Below, one piece after another: positions 10,922 through 18,390 of a stretch of 64,000 nucleotides of DNA. The notes beneath the pieces were generated by a model. That model was not told where the DNA came from. It ran no database searches and saw only the letters and a program-made list of their open reading frames with translations. The DNA is from an uncultured Syntrophales bacterium (GTDB taxonomy: Bacteria > Desulfobacterota > Syntrophia > Syntrophales > JADFWA01): NCBI GenBank assembly GCA_964650385.1, contig CAZYTP010000001.1:352-64351 (forward strand), given 5' to 3'. The position numbers and the translations under genes were made by a program. Positions within the stretch are counted from its first letter, which is position 1; each line of letters begins with the position of its first letter.

Positions 10922-12763
10922 TTACACAACCTTCTTGCCCTGAACCCATTTTCCCCCTCCCGGATCCATCAAACCAAGCTCCGCAAGCTGCCTGTAAACA
11001 ACAGGGGACGGTGCATTCGTTAATGGGCAGCAAGCATTCCGATTCTTGGGAAACGCAATCACCTCTCGTATCGATGATGTATCAAGGATCATGGAAACGA
11101 GCCGGTCCATACCAATCGCTATTCCACCATGCGGCGGTGTCCCATACTCAAGGGCATCCAAGAAAAAACCGAATTTTTCTTCAACGTCTTCTTTCGACAG
11201 GCCAAGTGCCCGGAAGATTTTTTCCTGTGTATGTCGTTCATTAATGCGGATACTTCCTCCACCCAGTTCCTCTCCGTTTATCACCAGGTCATACGCCCGT
11301 GAACGGAGTTGAAGGAGTTTTTCCCGGTCATCGGGATTGAATTCGCTTTGCTGTGGTGCCGTAAACGGGTGATGGTTCGACGTTATACCGGTTTTAGTCG
11401 ATTCGAAAAGCGGGAAATCGGTAATCCACAGCGGCGCGTATGTTTTACTCGGTATAAGGTTGAACCGATCTGCAATGTTAAGCCGGAGCAGACCTAAAAC
11501 ATTATTTACATTCTTAGATGATTGATCGGCAATCATAATTATAACGTCACCGTCTTCGGCCTGAAAGCGTTTTAGTATTTCGTTTTGTTCGCCTTCACTG
11601 AAAAATTGCACGATATTTGATTCCAAAACCCCATCAACAACCCGCATCCATGTCATGCCCCTGGCGCCAAAGGATGGCACAATCTGTTTTGCGTATTCAT
11701 TCTGTAGAACATTTTTGCTCAGTTTTTTCGACTGGCCATTTATATTGATTCCTTTGATGCTGCCATTTTTTTCAACAATATTTTTGAATATTCCGTAGTT
11801 AGTATCTCCAAATATATCGGTGGCTTCAACAAACCGTAAGTCGAAACGGATATCAGGGCGATCCGTGCCCATTGTGTCCATAGACTCCTGCCATGTCATC
11901 CGGGGAAACGGCTTCTGCAGGACAATGTTTTTTATGGCGAACACCTTGACAATGAGTTCCTCCATGATTTCATATATGAATTCCTCATCGACGAATGACG
12001 CCTCAATGTCAAGCTGGGTAAACTCGGGCTGCCGGTTGGGACGGAGGTCTTCGTCACGAAAACACCGGGCAATCTGGAAGTATCTCTCCAGCCCTCCAAT
12101 CATAAGAAGCTGTTTGAAAAGCTGTGGTGACTGGGGCAGAGCATAAAAGTGCTGTCGATGAACACGGCTCGGCACCAGATAATCCCGGGCACCTTCCGGC
12201 GTACTTTTTGTGAGTATGGGTGTTTCAACCTCAATAAAACCATTCATGCGAAGGTAGTCACGGACACACCCCGTGATTTGATCCCTTTTTATGAGATGCT
12301 CCTGTATCGTGGGACGCCGAAGATCCAGATATCGATATTTCAGCCTGATATCCTCTCCGACCGAGCCTGCACTCGAAACAGTGGCTCCCGTAACCATGGC
12401 CTTTTCTGATATGGGAAAAGGAATCGTTAGGGACTCGTTGAGAATGATAAGATCCGATGCTGCCACCTCGATCTTGCCGGTCTCGATATTCCGGTTTTCA
12501 GTATCCTCACTACGTTTCACCACGCGACCGGTAACAACAACACAATATTCATTCCTCAGTGAGACCGCTCGCTCATATACATCAGAAGAGATAAAACCGG
12601 GATTAAAAACAACCTGGACAATTCCGCTTCTGTCCCTCAAATGTATAAACAGCACATCTCCATGGTCTCTAAGAGCATCAACCCATCCCATTAGCCGTAC
12701 ATTGTTGCTATCCACATCGGACAAACTCAGGTATCCGCAATGTGACCGGTCCTTATATGTCAT
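10922..12763 (-). CDS. aspS: aspartate--tRNA ligase
   Basis: 613 aa with class II aaRS motifs (FRDEDLRPNRQPEFTQLD, GGGSIRI). Confidence 0.97.
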   Translation of the reverse strand: MTYKDRSHCGYLSLSDVDSNNVRLMGWVDALRDHGDVLFIHLRDRSGIVQVVFNPGFISSDVYERAVSLRNEYCVVVTGRVVKRSEDTENRNIETGKIEVAASDLIILNESLTIPFPISEKAMVTGATVSSAGSVGEDIRLKYRYLDLRRPTIQEHLIKRDQITGCVRDYLRMNGFIEVETPILTKSTPEGARDYLVPSRVHRQHFYALPQSPQLFKQLLMIGGLERYFQIARCFRDEDLRPNRQPEFTQLDIEASFVDEEFIYEIMEELIVKVFAIKNIVLQKPFPRMTWQESMDTMGTDRPDIRFDLRFVEATDIFGDTNYGIFKNIVEKNGSIKGININGQSKKLSKNVLQNEYAKQIVPSFGARGMTWMRVVDGVLESNIVQFFSEGEQNEILKRFQAEDGDVIIMIADQSSKNVNNVLGLLRLNIADRFNLIPSKTYAPLWITDFPLFESTKTGITSNHHPFTAPQQSEFNPDDREKLLQLRSRAYDLVINGEELGGGSIRINERHTQEKIFRALGLSKEDVEEKFGFFLDALEYGTPPHGGIAIGMDRLVSMILDTSSIREVIAFPKNRNACCPLTNAPSPVVYRQLAELGLMDPGGGKWVQGKKVV

Positions 12764-14244
12764 GAACTTTTCACCTGTCCTGAAAATTGTTCTTTTTGAA
12801 AGTTAACGGGGATTGCTGTTGGATAATTTCCTGTAAAACACGCCGTGCAGTGAAGATTGCCTTCCTGGACAGCAGCGAGCATCCCTTCCACCGACAAATA
12901 AGCCAGAGAATCCGCTCCTATGTGCTTTCGGATCTCTTCGACACTCTCGGATGCCGCAATAAGTTCTCCCTGGTTCGATATATCGATCCCATAAAAACAC
13001 GGAGAAACAACGGGAGGAGAACTCACTCTGACATGAACCTCGGCGGCACCGGCATGTCGTATGAGACGAACCAGTTTCTTTAACGTTGTACCGCGAACGA
13101 TTGAATCTTCTACGACAACAACCCGCTTTCCTCTCAATACCCCGGTGACGGGGTTGAACTTTACCTTTACATCAAGATCTCTTTCTTGCTGGTCCGGGGC
13201 AATAAAACTGCGCCCTACGTAATGATTCCGAATGAGGCCTATCTCGAAGCGCAATCCGGCGACCTGTGCGTACCCGAGAGCAGCAGTATTTGCCGAATCG
13301 GGAATAGCTATAACAATGTCTGCATCAGCAGGAGCTTCCTCAGCAAGTTTTTTACCCAGTTGCCTTCTTACCTTATCAACTTTTTCACCGAATATGATGC
13401 TGTCCGGTCGTGAAAAATATATATATTCAAATATACAGAAGGCTCTGTTTAATGCAGGTGGTAATTTCCTGGACACCATACCTTCTCTATCAATAATGAT
13501 GACTTCTCCCGGTTCGATGCTCCTGATATAATCCGCCCCGATAATGTCTAAGGCACACGATTCAGATGCTACAACGACCGCATCACCGGCTTTCCCAAGA
13601 CAGAGCGGCCTGAAACCACGGGGGTCCCGAGCAGCAATCAATTTCGAAGGAGTGAGAAAAACAAAGCAGTATGATCCGTCAAGCTGTATTAATGAATCAA
13701 TTATCTTTTCCTCGATTGAATCTTTTTGTGATCGTGCAATGAGATGAAGTACGATCTCACTGTCCGATGTTGTCTGAAATATTGACCCCTTCTCCTCCAT
13801 ACATTTTCGAAGATCAATCGCATTGACTATATTTCCGTTATGTGCCGCTGCAATCTGTCCACCTTTAAATTGCATTAGTAACGGTTGGGCATTTATAATG
13901 CCCGATGAACCTGTTGTCGAATACCTGTTATGACCGATGGCGGATGCTCCGACCAATTTTAGCATGACATCAGGATCGGAAAACACTGACCATACCAGTC
14001 CCATATCTTTATGAAGCACAATCTGCTGTCCATTTGAAGCAGCAATACCGGCACTTTCCTGACCCCTGTGCTGAAGCGCATAGAGCCCCAGATATGTTTT
14101 ATCAGCAGCCTTCGGATCACCGAAAATCCCGAAGACTCCGCAAAATTCTCGTGGACGATCATGAACGTTTCCGGAAGTGTTTTTTCCTTGTAACAATTTT
14201 TTCAGATTCACTAATTTCAATCCATTCTTGTGATTTTTAGACAT
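12760..14244 (-). CDS. purF: amidophosphoribosyltransferase
   Basis: 494 aa with a CGVFGI N-terminal nucleophile and a PRTase motif VVVVEDSIVRGTT. There is a 4-nt overlap with aspS. Confidence 0.97.
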   Translation of the reverse strand: MSKNHKNGLKLVNLKKLLQGKNTSGNVHDRPREFCGVFGIFGDPKAADKTYLGLYALQHRGQESAGIAASNGQQIVLHKDMGLVWSVFSDPDVMLKLVGASAIGHNRYSTTGSSGIINAQPLLMQFKGGQIAAAHNGNIVNAIDLRKCMEEKGSIFQTTSDSEIVLHLIARSQKDSIEEKIIDSLIQLDGSYCFVFLTPSKLIAARDPRGFRPLCLGKAGDAVVVASESCALDIIGADYIRSIEPGEVIIIDREGMVSRKLPPALNRAFCIFEYIYFSRPDSIIFGEKVDKVRRQLGKKLAEEAPADADIVIAIPDSANTAALGYAQVAGLRFEIGLIRNHYVGRSFIAPDQQERDLDVKVKFNPVTGVLRGKRVVVVEDSIVRGTTLKKLVRLIRHAGAAEVHVRVSSPPVVSPCFYGIDISNQGELIAASESVEEIRKHIGADSLAYLSVEGMLAAVQEGNLHCTACFTGNYPTAIPVNFQKEQFSGQVKSS

Positions 14245-14849
14245 TTAAGTGCCGACTCAAGGCGATCACTACTGTCCGTTTTCCCTAAAAGTTACCGATA
14301 GGGAGGACTGTAATATCATAATATGACATCTTTGCAACCCCAATACTACCGTTTTCTTTCTCGTAAATACTTGTAACTTTATCCTCCAAAACAGATCCTC
14401 GAAATTATATATTTAGTTGTCGCTGTATGCCACGCAGAGCAACCCCCGCAATAGTACGCAATTATGATGCCATCACGTTAAAAAAAATTAAAAGCAGCAT
14501 ATCGTGATGATATTATTAGGTATACTTGGACACAGAACGACAGGACCGCAACGTACTCCTATCGAATAAACTACATATTTGTGGAATTAACAATGAAGAC
14601 CTACCGATATGTGCAAGAAAAAATACCTTTTTGGGGCCTTGAATTGATGATCTGAGGAGACAATAGCGTAGCGGCTTAAATAAGAAGATTTACCTGAACG
14701 TAAAGCGCCTGAAAGAGGCCCCACAAAAAACCACACAACCGTATGCTGTTCCCACCTTTTCTACAAAAATGTCATTCATATCGTTGAGCTGTTTCAGTTC
14801 CCCTTTAGTTATATATCGAAAATTCAAATAGTTATATAAAAGTGAATTC

Positions 14850-14865
14850 TGGCACGTAATTTGAA
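14850..14865 (+). promoter_or_regulatory. Candidate sigma-54 promoter upstream of amt-glnK (weak -12)
   Basis: TGGCAC-GTAAT-TTGAA has a perfect -24 element, but the -12 is TTGA instead of TTGC. It lies 205 nt upstream of the amt ATG. Confidence 0.4.
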
Positions 14866-14916
14866 GTACCAGGACTTAACTACATTTTGGAAGGTCAAGC
14901 TACGACAATTGAAGCT

Positions 14917-15005
14917 CCCCGCAACAAGTTGCGGGGAATCTCCGACTGTTAAGGAGGATTGTTATTTTTATTCGCTCGCTAACCCCGCTGCAAGCAGCGG
15001 GGAAT
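14917..15005 (+). promoter_or_regulatory. Twin near-identical hairpins in the amt leader
   Basis: CCCCGC-AACAAGTT-GCGGGGAAT (14917-14939) and CCCCGC-TGCAAGCA-GCGGGGAAT (14983-15005) are 66 nt apart, between the candidate promoter and the amt RBS. Confidence 0.6.
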
Positions 15006-15069
15006 GCGCTTGCTGTTCAGTTCCAATATCCGCTCTCCACTCAGGATTACGGATGAAAGGAGAAAAAAG

Positions 15070-16434
15070 ATGATTAAATGTTTAAGATGGTTATGTCCGT
15101 TAATTCTAGCAGTTTTAGGTTTTTCAACACTGGCTTTTGCCCAGGACCCGACAGGGGCTGAGACCTTGAAGGCAAACCCTCAGGCCCCTCTTAATTATGT
15201 GTGGATTCTTGTTTGCGCTTTTCTTGTTATGTTTATGCAGGCAGGTTTCGCGATGCTGGAGGCCGGATTTTGCAGGGTTAAGAATGTCACCAACCTTATG
15301 GCCAAGAACCTGATGGATTATTGTATAGGCTCCCTATGCTTTTTCCTAGTTGGTTATGCCCTAATGATGGGGGGAGACTGGCACGGACTCTGGGGTACAG
15401 AAGGCTGGTTGATGACAGGTAAGTACTATGATGTAGGCAAGTATCTCAACATGTTCTGGATGCTGGTTTTCTGTGCCACAGCAGCGACTATAGTTTCAGG
15501 TGCGGTAGCAGAACGTCTGAAGTTCAAGGCTTACTTCATTTACAGTATTGCGGTGAGCGTTATCATTTATCCTATTTATGGACACTGGGTCTGGGGCGGT
15601 GGATGGCTTTCCAGCCTTCCCTTTGGATTGGGTGCCATCGATTTTGCCGGCAGTGGCGTGGTTCACGCTATAGGCGGTTTCGTCGGCCTGGCTGGAGCAA
15701 TGGTCGTAGGTCCCAGGTATGGCAAATACATTAAGGGAGTACCACAGGCCATTCCCGGACATAGTCTGGCCATGGCCGCTCTTGGAGTCTTTATTTTATG
15801 GTTTGGCTGGTTTGGTTTTAATCCGGGAAGCACCTGTGACGCACACCACTTAAGGATTTCCATTATCGCGGTAAATACCAACCTGGCCGCCGCGGCCGGC
15901 GCTTGCGTAGCGTTACTCGCAGCGTACCTGAAAACGGGTAAATGGGATGTGGGTATGGCATTGAACGGCGCTGTTGCCGGTCTGGTGGCGATAACCGCGC
16001 CCTGTGCCTGGGTAGAAGGCTGGGCAGCGATTGTAATCGGGCTCATTGCCGGCGTGTTGATGTATGCCAGTGTTCGATTCTTTGATAACAGAGGGATAGA
16101 CGACCCTGTTGGAGCTATAAGTGTGCACGGCACCTGCGGACTGTGGGGGCTGCTCGCTGTTGGACTCTTTGCCGACGGAACCTACGGCAATTACGCTATT
16201 GAGGCGCCATTTGCCACAGGTCTCTTTTATGGCGGTGGGTTTAATCAGCTTATTGCCCAGGTTATCAGTATTGTGGTGATTTTTGTCTGGGCCTTCGGCA
16301 TGGGATATATAGTATTCAAGTTGATGGATGTGACTTTTGGTATCCGTATTTCTCCTGAAGAAGAGTTGCTGGGATTGGATATCACAGAACATGGGACACC
16401 TGCATATCCGGATTTTGTGCAGCTAAACAGGTAA
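15070..16434 (+). CDS. amt: ammonium transporter
   Basis: Amt/MEP family motifs (DFAGSGVVH) are present. I moved the start to the ATG at 15070, which has an AAAGGAG RBS and begins a signal-like MIKCLRWLCPLILAVLGFSTLAFA. The track start at 15004 would read through the hairpins. Confidence 0.95.
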   Translation: MIKCLRWLCPLILAVLGFSTLAFAQDPTGAETLKANPQAPLNYVWILVCAFLVMFMQAGFAMLEAGFCRVKNVTNLMAKNLMDYCIGSLCFFLVGYALMMGGDWHGLWGTEGWLMTGKYYDVGKYLNMFWMLVFCATAATIVSGAVAERLKFKAYFIYSIAVSVIIYPIYGHWVWGGGWLSSLPFGLGAIDFAGSGVVHAIGGFVGLAGAMVVGPRYGKYIKGVPQAIPGHSLAMAALGVFILWFGWFGFNPGSTCDAHHLRISIIAVNTNLAAAAGACVALLAAYLKTGKWDVGMALNGAVAGLVAITAPCAWVEGWAAIVIGLIAGVLMYASVRFFDNRGIDDPVGAISVHGTCGLWGLLAVGLFADGTYGNYAIEAPFATGLFYGGGFNQLIAQVISIVVIFVWAFGMGYIVFKLMDVTFGIRISPEEELLGLDITEHGTPAYPDFVQLNR

Positions 16435-16451
16435 AAAGAGGGAGAAGTTAA

Positions 16452-16808
16452 ATGAAAAAAATAGAAGCGATAATCAGACCGGAGAAGTTGGATGAAGTGA
16501 GAAAGGCATTAAAGGATATAGGTTATCCGGGGATGACCACCGTCCATATCGAGGGGCATGGCCAGCAGAAGGGCACGGTCGAGCAATTTCGTGGCAGGGA
16601 ATTTAAAGTTGAGTTCCTGCCAAAGGTCAAGATTGAAATCGTTACCGAAGACGGGGATGTGGACCGTATTGCCAAGACTATAATCAAAGCGGCCAGGACC
16701 GGTAAAATAGGCGACGGCAAAATATTCATTGTCGAAGTGGTTAATACAATAAGGATACGTACCGGAGAGGAGGGTGATAAAGCGATAGGCATTACTTCAG
16801 ATAAATGA
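16452..16808 (+). CDS. glnK: P-II nitrogen regulatory protein
   Basis: 118 aa starting MKKIEAIIRPEKLDEV, with T-loop and GDGKIF motifs. It sits immediately downstream of amt. Confidence 0.95.
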   Translation: MKKIEAIIRPEKLDEVRKALKDIGYPGMTTVHIEGHGQQKGTVEQFRGREFKVEFLPKVKIEIVTEDGDVDRIAKTIIKAARTGKIGDGKIFIVEVVNTIRIRTGEEGDKAIGITSDK

Positions 16809-16957
16809 CGATGTAGTTAAGGAAAACTATCATCAGGGAACAATGTGCCCGCAATATAATCTGACGTGGCGACATTTTTCCCTGATCGAGGGAGATGAAG
16901 TTACAAAATGTCCCTTTTAAAAATTACAAATTAAAATACGGAAAAAGGAGAAAAGTA

Positions 16958-17776
16958 ATGAGGAAAGAACGTAAACACACAAGGCAATTTATGGCAGTTT
17001 TGATAGCTTTAATTTTAATCTTTTTCAGCATTACCCCCGCCGTGGCGGAAGATGATGAAAAGCCCACTGCCGACCTGTCGGTTTCAGTCTTGAGCGCCTA
17101 CATCTGGCGCGGGCAGGAATTAAGCAAGGACAGCGCCGTTGTACAACCTTCCATGACGGTGGGTTACAAGGGCTTTTCAGCCAATATGTGGGGAAACCTG
17201 GATACAGATCCCTATTCGACCACAGCCGGAGTAGACAATCCTTCCAAGTGGAACGAGACAGATTTAACGCTTTCATATTCCAGAAGTTGCGGCATTTTCA
17301 ATGTGGGGGGAGGCTATATTTACTATGGCCTGGACGGTGCTAAAGACTCTCAGGAAGTCTTTTTGAACCTGGGTCTTGATACCTTGCTGTCGCCCTCACT
17401 GACAGCTTACCGGGACGTTGGCAGTTACCCGCACTGGTATTTCCTCCTGGGCATCTCCCATTCTTTCAAAGTTACGGAGAAAGTCTCCCTGGAACTTGCA
17501 GCCTCGGCGAGCTATCTAAAGAGCGAGGATTCGGATGATTACCCGGAAATCAACGACAGCGGGGCAAGTACAGGCAATAAATTTGAGAACTTCCACGATG
17601 GCGTGATCTCTGCGAGTTTGCCCATATCCGTGGCAAAATACATCTCTGTAACTCCTGTAGTATCGTGTGCCTTTCCTCTTTCAGGTGATGCAGGTGATGA
17701 AATGAAATACCACAGCAAGAAGGGTGATGACAATGTGTTTGTTTTTGGCGGCTTGACCTTGAGCATGGCCTTTTAA
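16958..17776 (+). CDS. TorF/TIGR02001-like outer-membrane beta-barrel (putative porin)
   Basis: Signal peptide ending AVA, then LSVSVLSAYIWRGQELSKDSAVVQPSMTV, which resembles the Gcw_chp/TorF porin family. The start was moved to the ATG at 16958, which has an AAAGGAG RBS. Confidence 0.65.
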   Translation: MRKERKHTRQFMAVLIALILIFFSITPAVAEDDEKPTADLSVSVLSAYIWRGQELSKDSAVVQPSMTVGYKGFSANMWGNLDTDPYSTTAGVDNPSKWNETDLTLSYSRSCGIFNVGGGYIYYGLDGAKDSQEVFLNLGLDTLLSPSLTAYRDVGSYPHWYFLLGISHSFKVTEKVSLELAASASYLKSEDSDDYPEINDSGASTGNKFENFHDGVISASLPISVAKYISVTPVVSCAFPLSGDAGDEMKYHSKKGDDNVFVFGGLTLSMAF

Positions 17777-17786
17777 TAAACTATGT

Positions 17787-17813
17787 GAAGCCCCTCCCAC
17801 AGGGCGGGGCTTC
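17787..17813 (+). terminator. Stem-loop after the porin gene (no T-run)
   Basis: GAAGCCCCTCCC-ACA-GGGCGGGGCTTC is a 12-bp stem with one mismatch, but it is not followed by a U-tract. Confidence 0.3.
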
Positions 17814-18390
17814 CCGGTAAGGAAATCGAAGATTCATGAGCCGAAGGCGAATCAATTGAAGATTCATGAGCAAAGCGAATAATATATTTTTTATATTGCG
17901 CCCCCTTGGGGGATGCGCTCCCGGTCAAAACAATTCCTTCCCTATCTTGGATTTTGTCTGGGGCATCAGCTTTTAGCTGATGCCCGGGGTACCAGGCTAG
18001 AAATGAATATCCTGCTGTAATACTGTTGTTCAATACTGAGCAAAAGCGCAAACAAATTGATATTTAAAGGAGGTTTCTAAATATTCCTTAATTTCAAAGG
18101 GCAGCAAATGTTGATTTTCTGGGTTAACATTGCTTTTTTGCGCTTACGCGACTATCCATAATGATTAACAATCTTATGTATTGAACAGGCTCAATTAACA
18201 GATCGACAAAAGCCAATCAATTTGTTACAAAACTATATATTTACATTTTATTTCTGCTTTTCCCGCATAAGTTATGTTTCCCTTAATAGCGACTGTAAAT
18301 TATCATTGACAATCTCGTTGATTTTCAATGATAATCAACTGGGTTCTGCCAACGCAACCTTAAAGTAAAAATCAAAAGAAAAGGTGAAAA

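Noticed and set aside
14245-14850. A possible glutamine (glnA-type) riboswitch or other ncRNA upstream of amt, based on long-range GGGGCCT (14634-14640) / AGGCCCC (14716-14722) pairing.
   Set aside because: I could not find the conserved glnA-motif core sequences, and the pairing is a single 7-bp helix around about 75 nt with no supporting substructure.
14917-15005. The CCCCGC…GCGGGGA hairpins resemble type I-E/I-F CRISPR repeats, suggesting a possible mini CRISPR array.
   Set aside because: There are only two copies, the flanks outside the stem are not conserved, the loop is 8 nt rather than 4, and there are no cas genes in the window. I treat them as a leader or regulatory element instead.
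15004-15069. The track start of amt at 15004, and the ORF at 14861-15073.
   Set aside because: Both read through the twin hairpins. The ATG at 15070 has a strong RBS and starts a proper signal-like N-terminus.
15496-16392. Three minus-strand ORFs (88-159 aa) inside amt, and the 244-aa minus-strand ORF at 21189-21923.
   Set aside because: They are antisense to genes with clear family signatures and have no motifs of their own.
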